Shown here in pieces: positions 42,006 to 54,064 of a stretch of 64,000 bases of DNA; position 1 is the first letter of the stretch, and each line of letters begins with the position of its first letter. Origin of the DNA: Octopus sinensis (taxonomy: Eukaryota); NCBI RefSeq assembly GCF_006345805.1, contig NC_043011.1, positions 12,722,464-12,786,463 of the forward strand, in the 5' to 3' direction. A program made the position numbers and the translations under genes. The notes beneath the pieces were generated by a model. The model was given only the letters and a program-made list of their open reading frames with translations, ran no database searches and had not been told where the DNA came from.

Positions 42006-42634
42006 TGTTATCAATTTACATATGCTTTCCATGTCGGCATGGGTTGGACAGAGAGAATTTTCTAAGATAGCAAATAGTGGCTGTGAAAATTATATATATA
42101 TACATTGCCCGAAAATGTACAACTGCAAATTATAAAATTAGCATTTTTAGTTTAAAAAAAAAAAACAAGTTTTGGAAAGACTTGCGTTTTTTATTTATTA
42201 AATTTATTATTTATTAAATTTATTAAATTTATTAAAAAAAAAAAATGAGAATTGAACAGTAAGTACCTATTTACATTTCAACAAATTAATGTGTATAAAA
42301 AAATTATGGGATTATGAAAGGATGGCTAAGAATATTCCATTGCTGTAGCGCCAGTTTAATTACTTCGGTTAGTGTCTTCAAAGAAATCTTGCAATGTTGT
42401 TTTCAGTGATTACGTTAAATCTAACATATGTAGAGATTCAGTACAGTTTCAATCAAAATGCCAGATGTAACATATTGCCATATATACAAATTGTGCATGT
42501 GCAAAGATTAATAAAAGTTCTCAAACAACCTCAGTGTAAAAAGTAGGGACTCATAACTTATTGGTAATTACACTAAAGTAATAAGATATAGGTCCAAGTC
42601 TCACTGCTTGCTCACATTTTTATTCCTTTTTACA

Positions 42635-43085
42635 TCGTCGTCGTCGTTGTCATCGTCGTTTAACGTCTGCTTTCCATGCTAGCATTGGTTGGACGATTTG
42701 ACTGAGGTCTGGCAAACCAGATGGCTGCACCAGACTCCAATCTGATCTGGCAGAGTTTCTACGGCTGGATGCCCTTCCTAACGCCAACCACTCTGAGAGT
42801 GTAGTGGGTGCTTTTATGTGCCACCGGCACGAGGGCCAGTCAGGCGGTACTGGCAGTGGCCACACTCAAATGGTGCTCTTTATGTGCCACCTGCACAGGA
42901 GCCAGTCCAGCGGTACTGGCAACAACATCATTCGAATGTTTTTTCATGTGCCACCAGCACATGTGCCAGTAAGGTGACATAGGCAACGATCATGCTCGAA
43001 TGGTGCTTTTTTACATGCCATCGGCACGGAGGCCAGCTTGTTGCTCTGGCAATGATCACGCTCGTATGGTACTCTTAGCTCTCTA
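42635..43085 (-). mobile_element. RTE 3' UTR (family D) with internal tandem units
   Basis: cgtcgtttaacgtctgctttccatgctagc...repeated gtgccaccggcac units. Confidence 0.85.
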
Positions 43086-43744
43086 CTGTCTGTACAAATG
43101 GCTGGTTTAAATATAAACATGCCTTTTTCTTTTAGTTTTTTGGTTACATCAAATAAAAGAAAATAAGTATTTCAACTCCCTGTTAATCCTACACAGATGC
43201 TCTCATGATTAGTTATTATAAAACCTTGCTCTATTTAATGAAGGACTCCAAAATTGAACCTTGAAATACACCATGAGAATATATTGACAGAATTAGAAAG
43301 GATATCATCAATAATAAACTAATTTCAAAATAGAGCTGAAGGAACCATAATTTTATGAAAATACTACTCCATTTCAATGTCAACATCACATTCAATATTT
43401 AATATCTGCTAATATCAAACTTTTAAGTCATTGGAGAATTTCAAAGGTGTATATCTGAGACCAATTGTCACAAGTTTCCTTCTTCAAGCTGTCAAACCTA
43501 AGAACAATTATACCCAACTGTGTTAAGAATTTCTTAGCCGCTTCAACTTTGGTAGGTCCTCTATTTCATGTGTGTCTCTGCCAATATCATCAAGGAAACT
43601 GGTCTTTAAAAGTCTCTACAATATAAAATCTAATGTGGTCTGTTGGTCAGTAAGATAGCAGTGGTCAGCAAAGCCTGTCCTGCATTGAGTAACAATCGTA
43701 GAGATTGGTATAATATGTCCATAAGTGTTCACCTTGTTTTTACT

Positions 43745-44048
43745 GTGGAGGCACATAGCCTAGTGGTTAGAGCAGCAGACTCGTGGTCGAGGGATCACGG
43801 GTTCGAATCTCAGACTGGGCGGTGTGTATGTTTATGAGTGAAACACCTAAGCTTCACGCGGCTCCAGCAGAAGATAATGGCGAACCTCTGCTGACTCTTT
43901 CGCCACAACTTTCTCTCACTCTTTCCTCCTGCATCTTGCAGCTCACCTGTGACAGACCGGCGTCCCATCCAGGTGGGGAACCTATATGCCATGAAACCAG
44001 GAAACCGGCCCTTATGAGCCAGGCATGGCTCGAGAAGGAACAAACAAC
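43745..44048 (+). mobile_element. SINE family B
   Basis: Full copy; near-identical flanks ccttg(t/g)ttttac suggest a TSD. Confidence 0.9.
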
Positions 44049-44526
44049 CTTGGTTTTACACTGATGCCAAGAGATGTTCCAGCCCTCATGAAAGGCCTAG
44101 CGTACGTACATCAAGGCAATCATGAAGCTCTTTCCTCATGGTCCAGGTTTGGGCCCCTGAAAGAAAAATGTTCTTTACATATGTTCTTAGGAAGATCAGC
44201 ATAGTTGACGTGGAAATACCTGACTACCTGATATTGTGAAGCTTGTTGCAGGTACTTTAGGGTTGTTATAGGTGTTTCAGATTTGTCACTTGTGTGTCTG
44301 GAACTTGAAGTCCCTGACCTCCTTGAGATGTGAGCCATCATTACAGCAAATTTGCAGGGAGTTTATATTTTCATTGTTGTTCATGTATCCAGTATCTGTT
44401 GCATTGAGAAACAGTGAAACTTTAGCTGCAAGGGTTGATAACGAGTACTTGCACATCACACAGTTAATGAATTGTGAGGGCAAGATTGTCAGTGGCGTCT
44501 CTATTAAAGAGGTACGTACTTTGCTA

Positions 44527-44951
44527 GCTCCAAGGGAACGACGGGTCAATACAGCTTGGTACCAGATGCTTCGCAGGAGTTGCCGGTGATGACGTGTTGT
44601 GTCAGGCCACCTTAGGGACTCCAGCTCTGGATTTTCTGTAGGGGTTTACTCCCTTAGCCTTCCCCAGGAGGGGGTTTTACCGCAAGGCAGCGGAGGTTTG
44701 AAATCGGAGTTTCCCTCTCCTAGCTGTATTGACCCGTTGTTCCCTTGGAGTTACCAGCTACGTGGAGAGGGGGGGATCAAACTGCATGGGCAACAGCTGA
44801 TCCCTCATACAAACCTACCCAGGCCTTGTAGCTCAACAGGAAGAGGACCGGAGAGGATTGGTCTGCACTTCCACACCAGGAAGTGCAGATAACCCCACCA
44901 CCTTTTCCGAGCTACACCATCGTCTCTCGAGACGGACGGATGCCGACGACA
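44527..44951 (+). mobile_element. GC-richer retroposon with an inverted 5' segment
   Basis: TSD tactttgcta at 44517-44526 and 44952-44961; 29-bp inverted duplication at 44528-44556 / 44722-44750. Confidence 0.65.
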
Positions 44952-45274
44952 TACTTTGCTAACATCTTGATTGCTTCTGCTTAATAGTGAATCCTTGGGT
45001 GGGATTAAGGCCTTGCCTAAGGATGCAGTTCACTACAATCACAAGGGAAAAAGGAGCTCTTATGTATTCCTGTAGGATTCCTATGGTTGCTGGACATATC
45101 TTAATCGAATCATCTGTGCTTTGCTCAAAGCTTGTTGGGCTTTCATGTGATGGTCTTGGCTTTGACAACCTCATTTGGCAAATCATAATTCAATTGGATA
45201 CCATGCTAAACAACAGGCTAAATCAGATGGAATAGTTTAGAGACTTTCATATGCTAACAGAGGATGAAGATCAC

Positions 45275-45660
45275 TCTATCTATCTATCCGCTCAGTCGAA
45301 GTCGACTCTCAGTCATTCATTGGATCAGTGTCCTCCAGTCAGTTCTATCCTGGGCCGCTTCTTCAGATTGGCTATGTCCATTCTGGTATCCCTCTTGATG
45401 GTGTCAAGCCAGCAGGTTCTTGGTCGGCCTCTTCCTCTCTTGCCACTGACCATTCCGAGCATGATGTCCTTCTCCAGGGATTTTCTCTGCATAATATGAC
45501 CGAAATATGCCAATCGATGCTTGGTGATCCTAGCTTCTAGCGACATTTTCGGCCTGATCTGCTTAAGAACTTCTCCATTGGTGAGCCTCGCTGTCCATGG
45601 AATCCGTAAAAGTCTTCTCCAATACCAAAGCTCGAATGCATTAATTCTCTTCTGGTCATT
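45275..45660 (-). mobile_element. BovB-like RTE 3' fragment
   Basis: RINAFELWYWRRLLRIPWTARLTN...YFGHIMQRKSLEKDIMLGMVSGKRGRGRPRTCWLD; (GATA)n tail. Confidence 0.85.
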
Positions 45661-46119
45661 CAACAACATGAAATTGAAGATCTAGCAAAGCTAATGGGTT
45701 TCAGATATTTTTGGCACTGCATTGTAAGACCCATCTTGGTTGCAACAACTTGAAGAAGTATGAAAACCCTCCAAATATTTAATCAGAATCTGATAGAGAT
45801 TCTTAATAGAAGAATCTTTCTGAACTAACAATTTTTTCTACCACAACATAAACATTAATTTACATAGTTGAAAAAACAATCCATGTGAAACCAAAATCAA
45901 TAATTCCAGGTCATTAATTCATTGTCAATTCTGCGAACAACACTACCTCTGGCTATGGAGAAACTGCATTTAGCAACGTTTATAAAAATAGATTAAAAGT
46001 CATCGGCTTAGGCTTAAGGTCAAGTTAATTTTGTTGTTGTCACTTTTCTGTAAGCTTTTATCCAAAAAGGAAAACTTTAATTCACTAATTTCTTTACTGT
46101 AATTTTTATGTTTATTCTC

Positions 46120-46500
46120 TGTCATCATCATCATTGTTCGACCGTGGTCAAGACAATGGAATTTACCATGCTACGCCAGACTTCACGGTCCATCATAGCA
46201 TTACGGAGGCCCTGTTGCTGGATGCCTGTATCCCTGGAGATTACATCAGGGTAGGAGAGTGTATGCCCTCTGGTATCGCGAGTAGATGGCTTCCAGAGGA
46301 GAAGAGCAGAAATTACCTCGTTTTCAGCTCTACAACAATGTCCAGCAAACTGGACTCTTCTACCTTTCACAAGAGATGATACAGGTGTTTTACATATTAT
46401 TACAGAAACTCCAAAAAGAAACATAGAAATTACATTTGACCATTCAGCAGACTTTGTCCCCAAAATTGGTGGTAGTATGAGTCCAACTGATGATAACCAT
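46120..46500 (-). mobile_element. RTE 3' end (ORF C-terminus and tail)
   Basis: LVKGRRVQFAGHCCRA...LLLWKP...YPDVISRDTG...NAMMDREVWR, then (TGA)n. Confidence 0.8.
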
Positions 46501-46513
46501 CTAGATATCAGAT

Positions 46514-46813
46514 GTGGAGGCACATGGCCTAGTGGTTAGAGCAGCAGACTTGCGGTCGAGGGATCGTGGGTTTGAATCTCAGACCGGGCGATGTGTGTGT
46601 TTATGAGCGAAACACCTAAACTCCACACGGCTCCGGCAGAAGGTAATGGCGAAACTCCTGCTGACTCTTTCGCCACAATTTCCTCTCACTTTTTCCTCCT
46701 GAATCTTGCAGCTCACCTGTGACAGACCAACTTCCCGTCCAGGTAGGGAACCTATACGCCAAGAAACCAGGAAACCACCCTTATGAGCCAGGTATGGCTC
46801 GAGAAGGGACAAA
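46514..46813 (+). mobile_element. SINE family B
   Basis: TSD catctagatatcagatgt at 46498-46515 and 46814-46831. Confidence 0.9.
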
Positions 46814-47251
46814 CATCTAGATATCAGATGTTTGAGGAATCTTTTAACTTCACTTTCTAATCAAAACTGGTAGTGGGACTTGTCTCATTACAAGTGATCT
46901 CTGATCTTCAATGAAATGAAGACGTACAATTTGGGTAGGCTAGGTATAAAAGAATATCATTAGAACATAGAAAGTTCAACAATTAGCAATAAATCAGCGA
47001 CTGTAAGTAGACACATATAACTATAATAAGGATTTCTCATATAGCACAAAGGCCACGAAATTGATGATGGAATAGAATCAATTATATCAACCCTCAGTAT
47101 TTAACCAGTACTCATTTCATTGACATTCCCAACCTGAAGGATTTGAACTCAGAATATAAAAGAACTTATCTGAATACTGTAAGGTATTTTGTCAGATGCT
47201 CTACTGTTTCTGCCAATCTTCACATTTAGCTGAAACACTAGTAAAGAAAAT

Positions 47252-47663
47252 GGATCTTTTCGGTTTGAATGGCAGTTTTTTCTAGCGGTGTCATATGAAA
47301 TTGTTACCCATAATTATGACCCTAGTATCGATCTATTGCATTTCAATCTGTTTTAGGGTTAGGAGTGGGGGGAAGGGTATCTTTTTTTCTTCACAAATGT
47401 AAATAAACCCATTCTGTTTCTTAAACGAGGGACATATTCATGCGGCACAGAATGTTTTTTTGCCTCAATGGACGTCAGTGATTGGTTGAAATTGCAGAAA
47501 TTGAAGAAAAACAACAACAAATATCTTACAAACTATAGAATTTTCTCGATAAAGCCAAGAGAAAAATATGTTTTATAAACACATTCTACCAGTATACGAA
47601 GTTTAAAATTTTTTAGTTACCTAGAAATTATGTAAAAAACTGCCGTTCAAACCGAAAAGATCC
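47252..47663 (+). mobile_element. Telomeric-repeat MITE, copy 3
   Basis: TSD aagaaaat at 47244-47251 and 47664-47671. Confidence 0.9.
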
Positions 47664-47719
47664 AAGAAAATGTTTAACATATATCAGTTATGACAAAATG
47701 ATGAGCTGTTTTACTCTAA

Positions 47720-48147
47720 ACATCATAAGCTTGTGAATAGATGAAACATATGACAATGACACCTGAATAACACCTACTGGAGGTCATCTCCCGTGTTCTT
47801 TGATAGTTCTATGATTCAATAAAATCAAGGTCATGTTTGGAAAGATGGAGTTCATGGTGATCGTACTAAATATCTGATGTCCTGAAAGTAAGTAAGAGTT
47901 GCTGAAGCATGGAACAGACTGCTGGCATCAGTTGTTAGTTGTCAGAGCACTGCATCCTTCAAAGCTTCCATGCTTCCTGAGATTCGCCAACACTACACCT
48001 GATTTTCTCCCCTCCATACACACGCAAGCATGTATCTGACTCATACACTGTTTACTTCCCAGACATTTGTACATTACTGCATATACTTTATAGGCACATT
48101 TGACAAGTTGTGGTGCACCTGAGCACTGTATACAATAATTTCATTAT
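47720..48147 (+). mobile_element. CR1-clade LINE 3' end
   Basis: VRVAEAWNRLLASVVSCQSTASFKASM, then a 3' UTR ending gtggtgcacctgagcactgtatacaataatttcattat. Confidence 0.8.
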
Positions 48148-50038
48148 ATAAGGTATTGTAGAACATAAATAGATTTTATCAGAAATGTGTGTAATGCTGG
48201 AATGAGCAAAGAACAAATTCAAAGTTCATTTGAATAATTTTGAAAAATGCTTTTTATTGTGTTTTGCAGAAATATTTCATTAGACAAACTTTGTAACTTC
48301 AAAGAAGTTTTGAGAAAACAAAAATTAAATTTTATAGCATCTCAAATGTAAGAATTGATTTCTTAAAGTAGAAGTTAATGTAGAAACTTTGATAGACCCG
48401 TAATATGGATAGAGGAAGGGGGCACAGTCGATAATTTGATATTAATTTAAGGAAAAGTGCTAACTCCTTCATCATCTGAAGTGTTGACAATAATAATATT
48501 GATCTCAAACAATGGCGCAATGCCATAGATTTGTAGAGAGAAGAGTATAAATGATTGAATCATTGCCAGTTATACTATTGGTACTTATCATACTGTTTTG
48601 GGGGTAATAAAAGACTAAGTGAACCTTTGCCAGATTCCGAATCTAGTCCATGTTATTTTGACTGGGTACTCTACTGATCTGCTCTTCTACCATTTTTCAT
48701 ATCCTTCATAATATTGATTTCTTATTATGTTACAAGACAATGCACTTTGTGAGAGGATGCAGTGAAATTTCCACAATTCTGACTCGAGGACAGTCAATTT
48801 AGGTGATTGCAGTGCATGACTAGAACTGTATTTCATTAAACTCAGAAAGGTGAAAAGCAGGTGTCTATTGTCCGTTGGATAATAACAGCAGTACAAAGCC
48901 ATTCACTTTGAGGATGAGAGTATAGCTAAATAATCAACCTGTGTGCATTACTGGTACTTTAGGTCAGAAGAATGGAAAGCAAAGTATGTAATGTCAGGAT
49001 TTAGATCAGAATCCACAGCCTATAAAATATCTTTAATATGAAATATAATTTGCCAAGGGACCTGAGAGAAAGATTTTACCAATATTTTTCTCATAAGTGT
49101 TAATGAATTCCTTACAATGTGATACAGGGTTGTTGCTGATTTTATATTTCACTTAAATTGAAGGCAGCTGAGCTCAAGGATTTAGGATTAGGGAGTCGGT
49201 CAAAATGGTAAGTGGTAGTTCTTCTGGCTCTTTTACATTAGAGTTCAAATACACCTTTGCCTTCCATTCTTTTGAGGCTGAGAAAATAAAGTAGCAACTG
49301 ATGGTCAATGTAATCAACTTACCCTCCCATTAAAAATTGCTGGCCTAATTGCCCAAATTTGAATTTACTTCAATTTAAAATAGCAGCTAAATATGTTTAA
49401 AGAAAGGCATTTTGTTTCTTTCTTTCTATTCTTTTATTAAAATGGAGAGATCTCTAAGGAAGGGAAGTAAATAGATACGCTCAAAACTACAGCTGCTTGC
49501 TTGCTTGCTATCTTTTCTGGAAATATTTTTGCTGGAAATAAACAAAATACAGTCAATATCACCAATAATGGATTTAATCGGATATCTAATACTTTGGAGA
49601 CTCGACTTAGGAGACTTTAAGGACGTAATTATAAAGGAATTGTTTTTATGTGTGTTGCTGTTTGATAGAAATGGATTTTGTCGTTCTCCCAATTCTTTAT
49701 TTCCACTTACACTTATCTTAATTAATATGCTAACGACACAAATCTGTTGTTGGAAGGGGGAAAAGTCTTGGATAATATTTAGAGTTATTTCCCTTAATAC
49801 ATCGTCCAATGTATCCATATTAAAGATGTTTTGTTTCTTTTCTTATCTTCCGAGTTAATACTCGCCTTTTTGACTGCTTCAGGAGAGAATCGAACGTATG
49901 CAAACATTTTACATGTATTGTTCCCGTCTTGTGGACTGTATTTTGACAATTTTTGTTTAAGAAAAAGAAAAGATTTGTGTAATTTTAAAATTTACTGATC
50001 AACACCAAAATATTTCCAGCTTTCACTTGTACACGCGA

Positions 50039-50069
<31 letters not shown>

Positions 50070-50075
50070 GAGCAA

Positions 50076-50510
50076 GTGCAGGCGGGACTGTGTACAGAAG
50101 CTTGCTTCCCAACTAAGTAGCACCTTAGGCAAGTATCTTTTCTTATAGCTCCTGGCTAATAAAGCCTTGTGAGTGGATTTGGTAAATAGAAACTGAAAGG
50201 ACCCAGTTCTCTCTCTCTCTCTATCTATCTCTCCCTCTCTTTTTACATTATGTATATTTGTATGCTCTCTTGCCTGGACATCACATGATAGCTGTAAATG
50301 AGCCTCCTTAGCATAGAAGCTAGATCGGTTGTTTCTAGTCTTCTGTGAAAATATGTCTAATTTCGGAAAAAATATTACCTTGCTTCAAAACAGACAAGGG
50401 ATGGTAACTGGAAGGGTATCTGATCATAGAAAAACCTGCATCAACAAATTCCATCTGACCCATACAGGCATGGGAAAGTGGACATTAAATGATGATGATG
50501 ATGATGATAA
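50076..50510 (+). mobile_element. SINE with family A head and an RTE-type tail
   Basis: Degenerate head; ends catgggaaagtggacattaaat(gat)n. Confidence 0.65.
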
Positions 50511-50514
50511 GTAT

Positions 50515-50549
<35 letters not shown>

Positions 50550-50564
50550 CTTTTCTTTTACTCT

Positions 50565-50936
50565 TTTACTTGTTTGTCATTTGACTGCCGCCTTCAGTCG
50601 AGCAAATCGACCCCAGGACTTATTCTTTGTAAGCCTAGTGCTTATTCTATTGGTCTCTTTTTGCCGAACCGCTAAGTTACGGGGACATGAACACACCAGC
50701 ATCGGTTGTCAAGCGATGTTGGGAGGACAAACACAGACACACAAACACACACATATATATATACATATATACGACAGGCTTCTTTCAGTTTCCATCTACC
50801 AAATCCACTCACAAGGCTTTGGTCGGCTCGAGGCTATAGTAGAAGACACTTGCCCAATGTGCCACGCAGTGGGACTGAACCCGGAACCATGTGGTTGGTA
50901 AGCAAGCTACTTACCACACAGCCACTCCTGCGCCTA
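50565..50936 (-). mobile_element. SINE family A
   Basis: Reverse complement, full length. Confidence 0.9.
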
Positions 50937-51423
50937 TATATATGTATGTATACTATTTATGCACACACATATACACACACACATATACACACACACATTA
51001 CATATGCTCACATACATGTTCAAAATATCCAGTGAGGAAGGATATTCGGGATCACCACTTGGATATTTAATCAAGGAGTTAAACCCAATGACTGGCATAG
51101 CAGCAGCATCATAAACAACTACAAAGGCAAACGAGATACATTAGAGAGAAGTAGTTGTTGGAGAATCAAATTTACTGGATCAGGTATTAAAGGTCACAGA
51201 AAGAGTCATTAGACAATTGGCTCATGATAGGATAGACCTAGGTGAGATACAGTTTGGTTTTGTACCTGGAAGCGATGTCACAAATGCAATTTTTCTTGTG
51301 AGGCAACAGCAGGAATACTTAATTAAGAGTAAACATAATTTCTGGCCTTTGCTAACTTGGAGAAATCATTTGACAGGGTATTACTTACAGTAACTAAACT
51401 AAGAAAATTAGGCATTGACAAAT

Positions 51424-51657
51424 ATATTTCTTTACTACCCACAAGGGGCTAAACATAGAGGGGACAAACAAGGACAGACAAACGGATTGTCGATTACATC
51501 AACCCCAATGCGTAACTGGTACTTAATTTATCGACCCTGAAAGGATGAAAGGCAAAATCGACCTCGGCGGAATTTGAACTCAGAACGTAACGGCAGACGA
51601 AATACGGCTACGCATTTCGCCCGGCATGCTAATGTTTCTGCCAGCTCGCCGCCTTGA
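51424..51657 (-). mobile_element. SINE family C nested in the RTE relic
   Basis: Flanked by a (tt)gacaaata direct repeat. Confidence 0.9.
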
Positions 51658-52046
51658 CAAATAGTTTGAGAACTGTACAAGCTATGTACAAAGACTGGAA
51701 GTACAGTGACAGTCAACAATGAGCTCAGTAAGGAATATAGCATGAGTGTTAGAGCCTGTTAAAGCTCAGTCCTCAATCTCTTCTACTCATCATAGTTCTG
51801 CAGGCCACCACAGAGAAGTTTGAGATGGATGTCCAGGGGAACTCTGACTCTGGGGAATCAGAGAGGAAACTTTAGGTATAGAAGCTAAGCCTAGAATTGA
51901 AAGCTCTTAAGGTAAACTTAATAAAAATGAAGGTCTTAGTAAGTATGGAGGAAGGCAGGAAATGGCTTTGCTCAATATGCATAAAAAGGTGTAGGTATAA
52001 AATCCAAATGCTGTATTCAGTGTAAGTTACAAATACACAAAGTATT

Positions 52047-52118
52047 TCCCATTTGGTCTAGTGGTTGGGATACCTGGCTCTCACCCAGGTGGCCCGGGTT
52101 CGATTCCTAGCATGGGAA
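52047..52118 (+). pseudogene. tRNA-Glu(CTC) copy, probably non-functional
   Basis: 72 nt, TCCCATT...CATGGGAA; perfect anticodon stem CCTGG/CCAGG with loop CTCTCAC; A box TGGTCTAGTGG, B box GGTTCGATTCC; T7:C66 acceptor-stem mismatch and a C:A T-stem mismatch. Confidence 0.85.
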
Positions 52119-52133
52119 CTTAATTAAATTTTG

Positions 52134-52440
52134 GTGGAGGCACATGGCCTAGTGGTTAGAGCAGCAGACTTGCAGTCAAGGGATCACAGGTTTGAATCTC
52201 AGACTGGGCGATGTGTGTGTTTATGAGCAAAACACCTAAGCTCCACGCGGCTCAGGCAGAAGGTAATGGCGAACTTCTGCTGACTCTTTTGCCACAACTT
52301 TCTCTCTCTTTTTCCTCTTTCATCTTGCAGCTCACCTGCGACGGACTGGCGTCCCGTCCAGGTAGGGAATCTATATGCCAAGGAAACCGGAAGATCGGCC
52401 CTTATGAGCCAGGCGAAGCTCGAGGAGGAACAAGCAACTG
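52134..52440 (+). mobile_element. SINE family B directly downstream of the tRNA-Glu copy
   Basis: Full copy starting 15 nt after the tRNA 3' end. Confidence 0.9.
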
Positions 52441-52934
52441 ATACACAAGCAATGTAGCAAAATCAAAGGTAGACTAACAGAGAACACAAACTTCATAATT
52501 GATAGATGTACTGGAGGGGTACACTCTACAAACAAACCAGAAACAGACTCCTTTGAATACCTGGATTGCTTACTAGAAATAATTGATAGCTTTTTCTACC
52601 TTGGAGATGTAGTCAGCAAGGGAGGTGATTGTTCTGAAAGTATAGTAGTCAAAGTAAGAAGAGGTTAGGAAAAGTTTTGGTAGCTATTACAGCAGCTGGC
52701 AACAAAGGTCTTTCCCCACAGAGTGAAAGGCAGATTGTATAATACTTGAGATAGAACTGCAAAGTTGCATGGTTGTGAGACATGGTCACTAAAATCAGAG
52801 AACATTAGAAGACTGACAAAAAATGAAGCAAGCATGCTCCTGGATGTGCAAATGCAAGCAGGTATATATAAATGTGCTGAGAAACAAATTCAGCATTGGA
52901 GAAATTTGATGTAGTGAGCAAGAAAGAAAATTGT

Positions 52935-53565
52935 AAGTGCCGCTCCCAAACAGTTGAAGGTATCAGGGGGAGCGGTAGACCCAGGAAGACATGGGATGAG
53001 GTAGTCAAGCACGACTTCCGAGCGTTGGGCCTCACAGAGGCAATGATGAAGGACCAAGATCTCTGGAGATATGCTGTGACTGCAAAGACCCAGGCTGCTT
53101 CCTGCACCAGTTCCGCATAGCCCCAGCCCATTCAAAGTACCTTGGATTGCAGAACAACCTGCAGTGCTTGAGGAGACCTATTGAGTGTCAAGTACATGAA
53201 TATCGAAATAAATATCAAATGGAAATAGTAGTTGTGATACCTGTGCCAGTGGCACGCAAAAAGCACCACCCGAACGAGGCCGATGCCAGCTCCACCTTGA
53301 CTGGCTTCTGTGCCGGTGGCACGTAAAAAGCACCATCCGAACGAGGCCAATGCCAGCACCGCCTTGACTGGCTTCTGTGCCGGTGACACGTAAAAAGCAC
53401 CCACTACACTCACAAAGTGGTTGGCGTTAGGAAGGACATCCAGCTGTAGAAACTCTGCTAGATCTGACTGGAGCCTGGTACAGCCTTGTGGCTTCCCAGA
53501 CCCCGGTCGAACCGTCCAACCCATGCTAGCACGGAAAACGGACGTTAAACGATGATAATGATGAT
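52935..53565 (+). mobile_element. Younger RTE copy: ORF C-terminus plus complete 3' UTR (defines family D)
   Basis: KCRSQTVEGIRGSGRPRKTWDEVVKHDFRALGLTEAM...WRYAV runs directly into the family D sequence ending aac(gat)n. Confidence 0.85.
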
Positions 53566-54064
53566 GTTGCGTGTGGATGAGGACTACTGTATAAGGAAGT
53601 GTTGACCATTTAACATGGCTGGAATTTGCAGATGAGGAAGATCCAAGAAGACATAGATTGAAAGGATGAAAAAGCCAATTTTGGGACTCTGATCCCCGCT
53701 GAAGAAATGACAAAGGGCCAGGATATCTGTTGATAAAGTCGTGAGAAGACGAAACTGACTTTTGGAAACACTGTGTTGCAAAAGTGAACCCCTTGCCTAT
53801 CTTCTCTACCTATTGACCCCTACCCACATCTCTCCTACCACATCTCCCTCTTCCTCCTATTACCTTATTTTCTTTCTTGCTATCCAGAACCATTTTCTCT
53901 TGTTAACTATCCTTCATACACTAATGGTTCTCTACACCTGTTCATTACATTGATATCCACCCTCCACCCTCATTCTTCATCCCCTACACTGGACCATTGA
54001 GTTATCTCCCATCATGCACTACACCCGACTCCTCCACCCGTTCCTGTAGCCTACCCACACTATC

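Larger units (their letters stand above)
43520..45260 (-). mobile_element. Second RTE-family RT relic, interrupted by SINE B and an inverted retrocopy
   Basis: ILQEYIRAPFSLVIVVNCILRQG...GFTIKQKQSR; HLKEVRDFK; GAQTWT; TYGHIIPISTIV...RTGFADHC. Confidence 0.65.
51030..52890 (+). mobile_element. Old RTE RT relic (same family as 39395-40375), host to nested insertions; resumes at 53566-53760
   Basis: LLDQVLKVTERV, IQFGFVPG, AIFLVRQ, LEKSFDRV, CKLQIHK|HKQCSKIKGRL, IIDSFFYLGDVVSKGG, RVKGRLYN. Confidence 0.85.

Noticed and set aside
43745-43820. tRNA-like heads of SINE families A, B and C as tRNA genes
   Set aside because: They have A/B boxes but no complete cloverleaf, and they continue into multi-copy SINE bodies with TSDs.
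49426-49818. Minus-strand ORF starting MDTLDDVLREI...FSPFQQQICVVSIL with a GTAAGT donor, reminiscent of an SLC22 transporter N-terminus
   Set aside because: The similarity is short and gapped, and I found no following transporter exons. The donor is phase 0, which is incompatible with the PDE4 common exon. The region contains the agagttatttccctt motif also seen in the Helitron at 8187, so a repeat origin is more likely. A BLAST search would settle it.
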